From the NCBI RefSeq assembly GCF_963921235.1, contig NC_086108.1, forward strand, positions 54,376,001-54,440,000: 64,000 nucleotides of DNA, read 5' to 3'. A program made the position numbers and the translations under genes. The stretch is from Mobula hypostoma. Taxonomy: Eukaryota. The notes beneath the pieces are model-generated. The model did not search any database. It was not told the origin of the DNA and was given only the letters and a program-made list of their open reading frames with translations. The stretch's first letter is position 1, and each line of letters begins with the position of its first letter. Below are positions 39,606 to 53,734 of this stretch, piece after piece.

Positions 39606-40121
39606 GGTTGACGCTGGAGAAATTGGCAATGATGTAGAGAGCATGGAAAAGATTTAAACAAATGAAGCTTGGCACAGGATATCACTGACATGAGATTTAG
39701 AAGAGTTGGAACTGGGTGAATCGCAGCATTGTAAAACTTGACTCTAAAGATAACATCATGAATTCTGTGCAGATATTTTGACATGGAGAGGAAGAAGGGC
39801 AACACACAGGTGAGTATAGACTGCTTTCCTAATATTGGAGGATGTGATTTGAAACTCTGTTCAGATTGAAAGAAGGCTCAGTCTTTAGTCGAACAGTAAA
39901 AATAATTTTCTTTCTCCTGATTTCCATTCTTTAAAAAAATACAAACTACATTTGAAAGCATATCAGTGTTTTCTTTAGTCAGTCAAGAGATAGGATCAAG
40001 TCAAACTATATTAGAATTAAAAACCAGGATGGGCAGTATTCAACCTCACCCAAACCTAATTCCAATAAATTATTATTTATTTCAAACAAAGTTACTGCTG
40101 TGCAGGACAGCTACAGCTTAC

Positions 40122-40274
40122 CAGCGAAATGTCCCTGTGACTAGGATCAAGGATTTTAAGGACCACTCGTAAGTCTTTTGGATGATAGAAACTTGCATTC
40201 TCCTCATCATCATCTTTGTAATTCAGTGTACCAGAATAAATGTTTGTTCTGGTTCCTCTTCCAAGGTGTTCATT
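40122..40274 (-). CDS. JAK1: JAK1 exon (~exon 13), JH2 N-lobe, 153 nt
   Basis: [51 protein letters not shown]; acceptor caatag, donor gtaagc. Confidence 0.96.
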
Positions 40275-40639
40275 CTATTGGGTAAAATCAAATAAAGGTC
40301 CTGCATCAGATCTGGTGCCAAACCACACAAAGACACACAAAAAGGAACTCAACAAAGAAACTGTTATTGCTGTGAGACAACAACATTAAAGTAGGAAGTG
40401 GAAACAAATTAGGAAGTAGAACGACTGATTGAGGTCAGCAGTTGTGTTGGGGTTGTAAACAAAGGAACAGAATGGTGTGCTCAGGTACCACACACCAAAT
40501 GGAGGTTCACTAAATTCCCCTTGTGCTGAATTTCTAATTTGTGCTACACTGCAACACCAAATTCCCTAGTTGGTCAGGAAGTCAAAGCTCTGTGAAACCA
40601 CGTTGGTTCCAATTTCATTGCCTGGTTTACACGCTATAG

Positions 40640-40720
40640 CATGGGTCCCCAACCTGGTGTCCATAAACTCCTCAGTTGAAGGTAGGGGTCCATGGCATAA
40701 AAAAAGATTGGGAACCACTG
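40640..40720 (+). mobile_element. 81-bp hAT-type MITE, copy 3
   Basis: Ends catgggtccccaacc / gattgggaaccactg; 8-bp flanks cgctatag / ctctatag. Confidence 0.85.
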
Positions 40721-41504
40721 CTCTATAGGTTGATCTTGGCTGAGTCAGTGTTTTATACCATCTGATTAGACGGTATAAAGCAGTAACGTTATGAGTAGAT
40801 GCACTATGCTGCAATGCTGGAAAAAGGCAACCTCGAAAAAGCACATTCACTGAGTTCTAGGGGCCTGTATAGCTGCTTAAATTCTCTCTCTTTGTACTCT
40901 TGATAAAGTTCAACAATCCAATAACCTTTGATTATTATTTTTATATACTTGTCCACAACGTTATACTGAATACATAGATTGGAACCTCCCTCCTTCCCCT
41001 CCCCACCCAGCTTTGTCCCTTTTGACCTCTATTGGTTTTAGCTTTTCTCAGTTTGAGAGCACTCTGTTCTATTCTACTTAGACCCAATTTCATAATTGCA
41101 TTCATCGAAATTAATTCGTTATCATTGTCCATTTGCTCAATTTATTAATATCACTTTGTAATTAAATGTTACAATCACATTGACATTTTATGTCATTAAC
41201 AGATGTAATTATACGCCTTTCTATCTCAGCATTTGTAAACTCCAGTCACATCATTATTGATTTGCACTTCCTTGGAGATTGTTAAAAGCAGTCACCTGGC
41301 ACTACCTCTGATACCACTAGTACGCCAACACCAGAAAACAATTCCATACAAAATGTTGTTGCGAATCATCACTTCTACTGATCTTCAATATCAAAATTGC
41401 CTACTTTACAAACCAGGCACACAAATAAAGATTGGTGATTTGTTTTGGGCTTACTGAAACTCCAGCACAGGTTTGTAATAATGGAACAGTGTTGAAAGAC
41501 CTAC

Positions 41505-41623
41505 CTCACAGATCTCCTCCTTGCGGATTCGATGGAAGCTCAATTGACTTAAGTTGTAGGTGTTTGCAGTCAGCTGTGAAATTTGGGACCAGCTTTTTGT
41601 CATCACCAACAGATTAGAGATTT
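41505..41623 (-). CDS. JAK1: JAK1 exon (~exon 12), SH2-JH2 linker, 119 nt
   Basis: (E)ISNLLVMTKSWSQISQLTANTYNLSQLSFHRIRKEEICE; acceptor ctacag, donor gtaggt. Confidence 0.94.
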
Positions 41624-42339
41624 CTGTAGCATAAATAAGAAATAGATTTTACTTCTAGCTGTCTCTGTGCCATCAGCCCAGCTTCACTGGGAAAACTTTC
41701 ATTCTGAACTCTGTGCAAGACAGTCTTCTTGAAAGGTTGCTTTGTGTTTTAAAAAAAATTATATACATTGGATCCTTAAACAATGCCTCACTTATGGAAG
41801 CTGAATGTCCACTTTACTTCTGTATTCTTGTAAATCTATGCATTTCAATATTCTATGCTTTTGGTGTGTTTCAGATTCTACTCAGTTTCATACCATTTTA
41901 TGATCATTATGAAACTTTCATTCTAGATTATGAATGACAGTCTGTGCACTCTATTCCAGCGGTGGAAGTGGGGACAGGCCAAGAGAATAAAAAAAAACAT
42001 GTTAATAGTCCAGAACTGCTCTGCTCACTGTATTCCAGGTGTAGTTTAAACAGGTGCCCGCAAGCTATGTCTAATTATTACCTTTATAATCCAGGCTTTG
42101 GGATAAAGGGCAGCAACTCATGAACCTTTTGAATGATTTTTACAGCTGCCCATAACAATGAACATGTAAGTGATGCCCTTCTCTTCTATACTCTAAAAAT
42201 CCAGTCAATATATTAATTGCTATTAGATTTTACATGCTTAAAGATCTCTATCTTCTTGTTACAACTACAGTGGAGGACGTCAAAATTGCCCATCTTGAAA
42301 TCCCAGTTGCCAGAGTTTTATTTGCTCCAAATTTAAATT

Positions 42340-45300
42340 TAAGACCAAAAGTCATAAGAGCAGAATTAGGCCATTTGGCCCATCAAGTCCATTCCATCAT
42401 GGCCAATTTATTATCCCTCTCAACCACATTCTCCTGCCTTCTCCCCATAACCTTTCACGTCCTGAATAATTAAGAACCTGTGAACCTCCACCTTAAATAT
42501 AGCCAGTGATGGCCTGCACCGCTGTCTGTGGCAATGAATTCCATAGATTCACCACCCTCTGGCTAAATAAATTTTCCTCATCACTGTTCTAAATGGATGT
42601 CCCTGATCTGATGCTGTGTACTCAGATCCTAGAATCCCCCACTGTAGGGAATATCCACTCTTTCTAGGCCTTTCAATATTCCATAGGTTTCAGTGAGATC
42701 CCCCCTCATTCTTCTAAACTGCAGCAAATACAGGCCCAGAGCCATCAAGGACCATGTTAACCCTTTCATTCCTGGGATAATTTTTGTGAACCTCTTGTGG
42801 ACCCTCCCTGATGCCAGCACATCATTTTTTCAGATACAGGGCCCAAAGCTGATCATAATACTCCAAATATAGTTTTATCAATGCCTTATAAAGCCTCAGC
42901 ATTACATCTTTGCTTTTGTATTCTAGTCTATCGAAATGAATGCTAACGTCGCATTTTCCTTCCTTATCACTGTCTCAACCCGCAAATCAACCTTTGGGCA
43001 TTCTGCACGAGGACTCCCAAGTCCTTTTGCACCTTTGATTTTGAAATTTTCTATCTATTTAGTAAATAGTCCACACCTTTATTCCTTCTACCATGATCAA
43101 GTGCATGATCATGTACTTCCCTACACTGTATTCCACCCGCCAGTTCTTTGCCCATTCTCCAACTTTAAGTCCTTCTGCAGATACCCTGCTTTCTCAACAC
43201 TACTTGCCCCTCCACCCATCTTTGTGTCATCTGCAAACTCGGTCACAAAGCCATCAATCTGTCATCCAAATCACAGACGTATATCATGACAAGAACTGGT
43301 CCCAACACCAACCCTTGCAGAATACCACGTCATTGGCAGCCAACCAGAAAAAGCTCCTTTCATTCACAGTCTTTGTCTCCTACCAGTCAGCCAATCTTCT
43401 ATTCAGGCTAGTATCTCTCCTGTGACACCATAGGCTTCTATCTTGTTAGGCAGCCTCGTGCGGGAGCTTAACAAAGTCCTTCTCAAAATTCAAATCAACA
43501 ACATCCACCGATTCTCCTTTGTGCCTGTTATTTCCTCAAAGTATTCCATCAAATTTGTCTGGCAAGATTTCCCCTTAAGGAAATCATGGTGACTTTGGAC
43601 TATTTTATCATGTACCTCCAAGTACCTCAAAACCTCATCCTTAATAATAGACTCCAAACCTTTCCAACCACTTATGTCAGGCTAACTGGCATGTAATTTC
43701 CGTTCTTCTGCCAACTTCCCTTTTTAAAGGGGTAAGGCAATTTGCAATTTGCTAGTCTCCAGAACCATTCCATAAGCTAGTGATTCTTGAAAGATCATTA
43801 CTAATGTCTCCACAATCTCTTTCAGAACTCTGGGATGTAGTCCACCTTCCACCTACCTTCAGACTTTTCAGCTTCCCAAGCACCTTCTCCTTAGTAATAG
43901 CAACGGCGCTCATTTCTGCCCCCAGACACCCTTGCATTTATGACATTCTGCCAGTGTCTTCCACAGTGAAGATTGAAACAAAAATAAATATCAAGTTTGT
44001 CTGCCATTTCTTTGTTCCCCTCTCCAGCACATTTTCCAGTGGACAGACATCCACTCTAATTTCTCTTGTACAACGTATTGTATCCTTTTTTATATTATTG
44101 ACTAGCGTACCTTCATGTCTCATTTTTTCTTTCCTTATGGCTTTTTTAGTTGTCTTCTGTTGGATTTTATCTGCTGTCATCCCTCCTAGTACCCCCTTTC
44201 AATCAACTTTGGCCAGCTCCCCTCTCATTCTTCTGCAATTCCCTTTGTAATACTGATACATCTGATTTTTACTTCTCCCTCTCAAACTGCAGGGTGAATT
44301 CTACATTATGATCACTGTCTCCTAAGTGTTTCTTTATCTTAAGCCCCTTAATCAAAAATGGTTCATTGCCCAACACCCAATCCAGAATTACCATTCCCCT
44401 AGTAAGCTCAACCAAAAGATACTCTAAAAAGCCATCCCATAGGCATTCTACAAATTCTCCCTCTTGGGATACAGCACCAACCTAATCAACCCAATCTACC
44501 TGTATATTGAAATCCCTGTAACTATTGCAGGATTGCCCTCTTGGCATGTCTTTTCTTACTCCCTTTACTACTGTTCGGAGGTCTGTATACAACTCCCATC
44601 AGTGTCTTTTTACCTTTGCAGTTTCTTAACCCTACCCAGAAGGATTCTACATTTTCCAATCCCACGTCACCTCTTTCTAAGGATTTGATTTCAATTTTTA
44701 CCATCAGAGCTTCCCTACCTCCTCTACCTACCTGCCTGTCCTTTTGATTCCATGTGCATTCTTGGATGTTAAACTCCCAACCATGATCTCCTTTCAGCCA
44801 CTTCTCAGTGATGTCCACAATATCATATCTGCCAATATCTAACTGTGCTGTAAGATCACCTACCTCATTCTGTCTACTGTGTGCATTCAAATATAGCACC
44901 TTTGGTCCTGCATTCATCACCACTTTTGATTTTGTCCCCATTACCTTTTAACTCTTCCCACTGACTGCAACTTTACCCTATTATTTGCCTGCTCTTCCTC
45001 AGTCTCACTAAACACAGCATTTATTTTGGCTACCTACTGCCCCATCACTCTGCTTCCCATCCCCTTGCCAAATTAACTTAAATCCTCCCCAACAGTTCTA
45101 GCAAACCTGCCTACAAGAATATTGGTCCTTTTCGGGTTTAGGCGTACATGCCCCATTTGTACAGGTCATTCCTTCCCCAGAAGAGATCCAAATTATCTAG
45201 AAATCTGAAACTCTGCCCCTGTACCAATTCTTTAGTCACGCTTTCATCTGCCAAATCATCCAATTCTTACCTTCACTGGTGTGTGGCACAGGCAGCAATC

Positions 45301-45650
45301 CAGAGAATACTAGCCTGGAGGTCCTGCTTCTCAGCTTTCTACCTGACTCCCAATATTCTCTCTTCAGGACTTCCTCTGTTTTCCTACCCATGACTTCTGG
45401 ATGTTCACCCTCCCCCTTAAGAATGCTGTGGACCTAGTCTGAGACATCCCTGACCCTGGCATCTGGGAGGCAACATGCTATCTCAGTGTCCATAGAATCT
45501 GCTGTCTGTTCATCTAATTATGCAAACTCTTATCACCACTGCACACCCCCTTCTCCCCCCTGCCTTTCTGAGCCACAGAGATCAGTCACTGCAGATTCCC
45601 CCTGGTAGCTCACCCCTCCCTCCCAATAGATCCAAAGCGGTATTTTGTTT
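42340..45650 (-). mobile_element. Near full-span degenerate CR1 (ORF1 remnant, APE, RT, tail) with many deletions
   Basis: Minus-strand ORFs KVLYLNAHS...YDIVDITEKWL...GVVYRPPNS, KEKVLGKLKSLKV and RRMRGDLTETY; tail at 42340. Confidence 0.93.
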
Positions 45651-46513
45651 TTGTCCAAGTGGCTTGGAATGCCGCTGATTATTATGCCACTAACAAACCG
45701 GATTATGTGCCCTTCTAACCCTAGCAATTATGGACCTCACTAATCATATCTTCCTCAGAATCTGAGCTTTGTCTCTGGATGCACGGGCAAGTAGGTCAAT
45801 AATTTATCTTCAACTCCATGAATTGTAAAGATTAGTGAACGGTCTATTGTGAGAAATTTTATAAAATGTCTTCTGGAAGTGCAGATAGATCAGATCCTGT
45901 CCACTACTTTAATTGACGATTGTGAAATTTCATCAGGTTCATCATGTGTGTAGAAATGGGAAATAATAACAGTGTGCATAGACCACGCAACACTATGAGT
46001 GAATGTGACGTTGAGTGAGTGAGTACCGAGATTAGGGAACCGTGGAATAAAATATGGTTACACTGAGAATTCAATTCACACATTCTCCGGGACTAGCACA
46101 AATGATGAAAGTAATGGAAACTGAAAAAGCTATAAATAGTGTGCAGAAAAGCACCTGTGGGGAGAAGGGAGAGGGGAGAAGGAGATTGATTGATTTAATG
46201 TTGCAGCATAATTTTCAGTTGTAGAGAGGTGAGGGGAGTAAAAGAGAATACCTGTGACAGGACAAAGACCAACAGTAAATGGATGACAGATTGCTGTTAG
46301 TTGTGTGTGTATATGAGGAGTGACGGTAGTATGTAACAAAGGCTTGTTAATGCAAATATCCTGTTGAGAGAAGGAGTAAATAGAGAAAATAGAGATGAGA
46401 AAAACATGAAAAGTAATGCTGTAAATATGAGGAACAGAGTTAATGGCAATCTGAAATAAAGGAGAATCTGGGAAGTTAGATGATTAATCATAAATTTAAT
46501 TGATGATTTAATG

Positions 46514-46593
46514 CAAAGGATCCCAGCCTAGGACGCACAGCCCACTTACTTAATGATATTAGCCCATGGCATCAAAAAAGTTGGGAATCCCTG
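46514..46593 (+). mobile_element. 80-bp hAT-type MITE, copy 4
   Basis: Ends caaaggatcccagcc / agttgggaatccctg; 8-bp flanks atttaatg / attcaatg. Confidence 0.8.
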
Positions 46594-46769
46594 ATTCAAT
46601 GAATAATAAGGAAATAGTTAACTTGTAAACTATGCATTTTGAGTCTTACTGTTTGAGGATGCGAGAACCTAAAAATAAGAGAAGGGAAGGAACATAGCAT
46701 TCATCAGCTGGAGCAGACAATTGTAAACATCACTGCAAAGTGGAAGGTAGGTCAAATCTGCTGAAGTCA

Positions 46770-47600
46770 GTGACTCATGTTATACATTTGCAGATAGCAA
46801 TGAGTCTGGAGGCACCATACATTCTGTAGAGGAAGCAGGAAGTTACAAGGGGGGGAACATCTACAAAGCCGCCAGCTTGCTGCGGAGCAGCAGATGGGTT
46901 TCCTCTTTGGATTCCACAAAGATGGAATATTTTCTATCAGGAACCGCAGAGAAACAAAAGGTTATTTAGTCACACACTTTACTCAGCCCATGATTAAATG
47001 GTGGAGCAGACACACTGGGCCAAATGGCCTACTTCTGCTCCTATATCTCATGGTGTTAAATATTAAATTAGAAGCACTGTAAGCAATTGGAAAAAGACAA
47101 AATGGCAGTTGTTCCTTTATCAAGTAAGCCTTAAAGGAAGAAAAATTATGGTGAATCCATTGTATAGATTGTTCAATTCCAAATGGAGTTGGAGCTCTAC
47201 TTGGCCATGGCTTTCCCTCAAAGATATTCTGATCTTGGAAGGATGCAGTGCCAGTTCATCCAGAAATACTGGCATTTACAGCATTAGGTGTAAGAGCAGG
47301 TTGCATAAATGTGAATCATATTCTGTCAAGTCTAGAAGTCTATAGGATAAGTATGAACCCAATCAACTATTACAATACTTACGGAAGTTGATTGGGTTGA
47401 TATTTAGAAACTTGTTTTGTTGGTGAGGGAATCCGCATTCATAGAAAGTAATCTTAAAACTGGGACTAAGTCATTCAAGAGTTAAATCAGCAAATATATA
47501 TTTTTTTAAAAAGCACAGAGTGGTGGAAATTTGGACACCAGATCAATTCTATGTTTACAAAACTTTTCAATTCTGAGCTCAACAGGTTTTTGTCTGAATC
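46770..47600 (+). mobile_element. Mosaic of old CR1 fragments
   Basis: CR1 tail gggccaaatggcctacttctgctcctatatctcatggt (47017-47054); cacagagtggtggaaatttgg (47514-47534). Confidence 0.55.
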
Positions 47601-47624
47601 ATTATTCAGTAATATCATAACTGA

Positions 47625-48482
47625 TTATATACTTCATGAGGAGGGAACCAGAGGTCTATGAGCCAGTTCTCATTGAAGGAGCAGAGTTGGAGAGGGTCAG
47701 CAACTTTAAATTCCTTGCTTGTTATTATTTTGGAGGACATGTCCTGGCCCAGGACACTTGCGCAGTTACAAACATAGTATGGCAGTGCCTCTACTTCCTT
47801 AGGAGTTTGTGAAGATTCAGCATGACATCTAAAACTTTGTCAAACCTCTACAGATGTGGAGTGGAAAGTATATTGATTGGCAGCATCATAGCCTATCATA
47901 GAATGGAAACACCAATGTCCTTGAAAGGAAAATTCTACAAAAAGTAGTGGATTTGGCACATCACCCATAAAGCCTTTCCCACCATTGAGCACATCTACAT
48001 GAAGCATTATCGCAGGAAAGTAGCATCCATCATCAGGGACCCCCACCACCCAGGATACACTCTCTTCTCACTTCTGCTGTCAGAAGAAGGTACCAGACTC
48101 TTAAGACTCACATGATCAGGTTCAGGAACAGTTCTTACCACTCAACCATTAGGCTCTTGAACCAAAGGGGTAACTTCACTCGACTTCACTTGATCCATCA
48201 TTGAAATGTTCCCTCAACCAATGGACTCACTTTCAAGGACTCTTCATCTCATGTTCTCAATATTTATTGATTATTTACTTATTATTTCTTTCTTTTTGTA
48301 TTTGCATAGTTTGTTGTCTTTTTCATACTAGTTGAACACTCAAGTTGGTGTAGTCTTTCATTGATTATATTATGATTATTATTTTATTATGGATTTATTG
48401 AGTACACCCACAAGAAAATGAATCTCAGGGTTACAGAAAGTGACTTACACATACTTTGATAATAAATTTCCTTTGAACTTGA
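47625..48482 (+). mobile_element. Rex1/Babar-type LINE, degenerate, 5'-truncated
   Basis: ttggagagggtcagcaactttaaattccttg (LERVSNFKFL), cctctacttccttaggagtttg (LYFLRSL); tail aataaatttcctttgaacttga. Confidence 0.85.
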
Positions 48483-50799
48483 GGAATAAATCAATCACAT
48501 TCTCACTAAATGTCAGAGCAAGTTCTAGATGTTAAATAGACAAAGCACAAACAGAATTGCATTCTTTGCTTATGAAAAATAAATTGAACTTTAAAAAAGT
48601 CAGTTGTGGCCATTTCAATTTAAAGCAACTCTGTAATTGGCGTTGCTCTTCTGACCATAACAGCACTATCTCTGGTCAGTGAGTCAATAACTTCCCTTTG
48701 ATTGTGTTTTTCGTTTCTTTTTAATTTTGTGTTAATAGCTGTAAAGTTCAAAATGTATGATGTGTGGGCTTGTTAAGGGAACTGCGTGGGTGTACATGTG
48801 GGACTGCATAGTACGTGTAGGTTTTAGCAGTGCGTAGGCTTGTAAGTGTGGGTTCAAAGGAGGAAAGGTGTATACATGGTGGCTTTGTAGCCTATCAGCC
48901 AAAGTGTCTATATGTGTGCTACAAATTATTTATTGACAAATCATTTTAGCAACTTTACATTGACTGATAGTTTTCATGTGGCAGACCACTGTGTGAAAGC
49001 TAGCAGAAAGAATGGCTGCTAAAGGATGTCTAAATGGGAAAAGTTTAAATGTACAGAAACTTACAGGTAAATGAAATCTAGACAAATTCACAGTTTTAAC
49101 ATCAAGTCTGCTTGGAATTTAGCACTTTTTAAAAACATTGCAAAGACAGATATATCTTCAAGTGAATTCCAGCCAGTCAACAGGTTCCTTCAGTCAGTCA
49201 GGAAACAGAAACTTGATAAACAAAGAAAGACCACATTAACTCTGTCCTTCCTGCACTGGATTTTGTCTCAAATCTTTAAAATAAAAAGGCAGAATGGGAT
49301 GATGGAGCAACAGTGAGTTCAATAAAATGTTTGTAAAGTTCCATGTCAAAAATTTCTGTAGTTTCTGGCATAAAGTGTAATCAGTATTTCTTTAAACTAG
49401 CTCTCCAAATACACTTCCAACATATAAATAAGGATTCTGAAATAAGGTTAAGCGTAATATGGTCTGCAGAAAATCACACCCGCCACATCTAAAGGTCAGT
49501 CAGAGCAAGATGTTTTGATAAGAAACTTCCTTCTGCAATAAACACGTAAAGAAAACAGATCCGCATCGACTAATGGGCAAAACATATATTAAATTAATTA
49601 GGTTAATTAATTAGAGAAATTTAACCTTGTCAATTACCATCATAAGCCAATTTTTATTCACAAGTCATGTAAAGTTACTTGTATTTAATGAATAATATAT
49701 TGCCTTAAATAAAACTTGCAGCATATTCTTACTGAGGATCATTTCAATCTGTAAACTGTTTGATAAGTGGAGGATAATTCCATGGTGCCTGCCATATGCT
49801 TTCCGTAAGTAAACTGCAACTCATGAATAACATTTCTGATTCACCTTATGTTTTTATAAACAAGTAAAATCTGTGTTGTATTCTATTGCACACATTATGC
49901 GCATCCAAGTACATGACTTCAAACATACCCATCGTTGTAGTTTTAAGCTTTTTCAGAACCAAGATACCAATTATTTTGGGTAGTGCATGCAACCTTTGTG
50001 TTCCAATATGACATGTATGATGCACAAAGTACATTTAAGATAGAAACTATGTCTGCTGCTTTCCTGGCGTAGGTATTAGCAAGTTCATTTAACCCCTAAT
50101 GGAGATATGCAGATCATGTCATTCACCACACTGCCATTCAGTAGGTCAATAATTCCATGGCAGGCTTCCCCAATATGCTACCAACTAAAACCCAAGCTCA
50201 CTACATTTCAGCTTAGCAAGGATGCCACTCCTTGGAGATGGCACAGTGGTGCAGCTGGGAGAGCTGCTGCCTCACACCTGGGTTCAGTGTCAACCTCAGT
50301 TGCTGTCAACTCCAGAAGCTCCCACACTAGGACACACATTAAGCAGTATGATGTTCTCCCACCAGCCTAATCATCAAACACCGACTCTCGGAGGTTCCTA
50401 CATGAAGCAATAACCCTCAGACAGGCTGCACTGGAAGAATTTCTAACTGACAGAAGCTACAAATAAAGTTTGTGATTTCTCTGGTCCCAAACTCAGACCA
50501 AAGGCAAGGACTACATCCCATGGCTGTGGAGTTGACAACAGCTATGAACATTCACATACCTGGTGCTGCCAGCTTTGAGCTGGACATATTGGCAAATTCA
50601 TATATGGCAGTTAACCATCAGTCACTAAAGTTTGTCATTCAGGGAGAGTTGGTTTCATTTTATAGGCTTGCATTTGGAATGAAAATAAGGGCTGGCAATG
50701 TCAGCGGGTTTCCCCATGAGCAATGTGTCACCAATTAAACACACTGAGCTTGCTATTTTTCAACTTAACAAGGATTCCACTCCCTAGAGCTGCTCTCAT

Positions 50800-51075
50800 G
50801 ACCTAGGTTTAACATTGACCTCAGGTGCTGGCTATGTAGACATTCTGCTTGTGACTGCCTGGGTTTTCTTCCGAGTGACCCAGATGTCCTCCCACATCCT
50901 AAAGATTCATGATTCAGTAGTTTGATTGGCAACTGTAAGTTGCCCCTAACGTGGTAGAATCTGGGGGAAGTTGATGGGAATACAAGGGAAACGAAACTGA
51001 GCTCAGTGTCAACGGGTGTTGGTGATCGGTGCAAACCCAGTGGACCACAGGCCCCATTTCATACTGAGGTCTCAT
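50800..51075 (+). mobile_element. HE1-like SINE, degenerate (a further head fragment at about 50238-50305)
   Basis: gtgactgcctgggttttcttccgagtg...tcctcccacatcctaaaga...ctgtaagttgcccct. Confidence 0.65.
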
Positions 51076-53097
51076 TACACGTTGTAGCACTCAATGACTA
51101 TATAGGTCAATTCACAGTATTCTTGCAGCAGTTTAGCCGTCTTTACTCTTTGTTAATCCACTATGCTATCTGTATTCGTAATACCAAACCAAAGGGTTTC
51201 TTTTTTATGCAACAGGGAGAATTCACTGGATTAACAGGATTTAAGGCTCCAGTTTGAACTCATGTGCACGATGTTTCCACAGCACATGAGAACACACCCA
51301 GCTAATGGGGAGACATAACAAACAACCCGATGGTTCACAATGTTAAAAGTCCATTATGTTGCTTTTTTCGAGCTCTGTGCCTGAAGACCTGCTAAAACAA
51401 CGGAAGAACTGGTCTCAGGACTTGCAACACAAACTAGAGCATTATGAGGAGGGAGCCACCGTCAATCTCACAAGAAGTGGCTGACAATCAGGGGAAGGGA
51501 GCTCACAGCCAAAGCAGTCAAACACAGCGTTAGCAACCTTAATCCTACTTCCCCATTCAGTTGTAGTCCCCACACTCTTAACCTTCCCTGTCACTGGTAA
51601 AATAAACTATTTGATCATAAAACAAATATAATAGCTAACACAAAATAAACATTGGAATAAGAGTGAAATCGTGGCAAAGGACATGAAAAAAAAATCACAG
51701 TGTGCTTTCTAGTGCCAGTTTGTGCCGTGCGCTAGAGTGTACTGGTCTTCCCATGCCGTGTCCTCATTGACTGTAGCATGGCTGGTCAAACACGCTTTCA
51801 ATGGGAAGACTGCAGCTGTCTGTTGACTGGCTCCTGGACTTGGAACCTCTAGCTCCAGGTTACACCCTCTCCGTATGAACTCAGGGATGGGGCCCAGGCA
51901 ACAGCATGGACACTTGCTGGGCTTACAGAGACTGAAGTACAAATGCCCTTGACCTGGGGGAGAAAGCAGGCCTGTGCTCAGTGGACCCTTCACCACTACA
52001 GGGGAAAAGAAAATGAACAACCAAGTCATCTGTTGGAGGAGATTCTGAGACCACTGTGATATCCTGCAGGTTTCAACCTGAACTTCCACTGCTGCATCCA
52101 GACATGGGGTGGGCATGCCTGATGCTGTAGAAGCAGAGATGGCAGCTGTCAGCAATGCATCATACTCAGTCCACAGGGCTGTGGAGGAACCTGGTTGTTC
52201 CTTCAATGCCAGAAAGGGTGAGCTCCAAGCTCTTAAGAGAACCCTTTATTCAGTAGGAGTCAGACTCCTCCATGCTTCTTAACGTTTCTCAGCAGGCCTT
52301 CCAACATTCTGAACTCTTCCAAGGAATCTACCCCATAAACCTACTTCTGAAAGCAAGCCTATCAAGATTCGCACCTCTCCAAGATCTCCCCTTCTAGCAA
52401 GTTGGCACCCAAGTTACCCACATCCCCTGCTATTGCTATTGACCACTTGAACTCAATATCTCTCCACATGCATATCTTGTGTCTAATCAGGTGCACAACC
52501 AAGCGGCATTATATCTTCACCATTATCTCTTGCTGACCAACAGGTCAATTTACCCTTGTCAAACAAAAGTGAAGGAGAAAGTATATATAAAGTTATCAGG
52601 GAAAGGTGGGATGGTGTTGGTTAACAACAAACAGGTGCTTATACCATCTTCATCCTGTACAGCAGAAGAGATTGTGGGCTAGGCAGAAAGTGGAATGAAA
52701 GGAGGACATTGAATTCAGTAGTACCTCCCATAGCATGAGCACTGCCAGTTCTGATAACGTACAGTTTACTGCTCTAGGGAAACAATACAACTGCTTCTCC
52801 TGCCCCACTTCCAAACTGCAGCTACTAATGTAGATTGAGATGGCATTTCTGACCAAGGATGAACTTCTAGCCAATAGATTCTTCACATATTCCAGTTCAG
52901 AACTTGGCTTAGTCCTTGATCTTTTGTTATTCCAAGATATGAAGGCTTTGCGAATCTTGTCACCAGAAAACTATCACCAGATTTCCTTCAATTTCTCTGC
53001 TACACAATGCAACTTTGATGGGTCTCTGCCCGCAGGCCCCAGGTATTTCCACTCAGGCCTCTCACTTTGAAAATACAGCTGCTCTCATTGTCCTTAC

Positions 53098-53314
53098 CTC
53101 GAGGTTTTGGTGGGCAGCAGGTTTTCAGTTGGAAGCTGATATCCTCGGTTTTAAGAATCTGTCCTTTGAGATGATTCATGAGGTCCCTGAGGTTTGGGAA
53201 ATAACTGTCGGAGCCATGCAGTCTGTATCCAGACGACTTGTTCACCTCGATCTGAAAATTCTTGTACTGCTTTAGCATTCTCGAACCACTGCTTCGATCA
53301 CAAAAGTCAATGTG
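53098..53314 (-). CDS. JAK1: JAK1 exon (~exon 11), SH2-like domain, 217 nt
   Basis: [24 protein letters not shown]...[12 protein letters not shown]; strong in-phase acceptor tttgttttccccctag, donor gtaagg. Confidence 0.93.
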
Positions 53315-53734
53315 CTAGGGGGAAAACAAATGACAATCTCAGAAATTTACGGCAAAGTTTGCCACTGGCTTTCGAGTCCTTGCAGAAAATGTGGGCCATC
53401 ATTTCCTTTATAAGTAGATGAGATCTACAACACAAATGTGCTTAAACTTAATTTTAGCTCTAGTGAAGTGGCTATTGACTTTAAAGCAATCAGGTGAGAC
53501 ATCTTAGAGGAAGCAGTATATATCCTGTATTAGTATTACTGACTTGAGAAAGATGAGAGGCAAATCCAACAGTGCCCAATTTCCAACTCCACTTACCAAA
53601 CCAAGGCCTACAACTGTTTAGGCATTGCCATGGTGAAGCTGGATGAAGGCTTCTTTATGACCCTGTACTACAAATATGAACTGTCAGTAATCTTAAAGTG
53701 CACTCAATTCAAGTAAAGCTTAACAAGGAATGTC

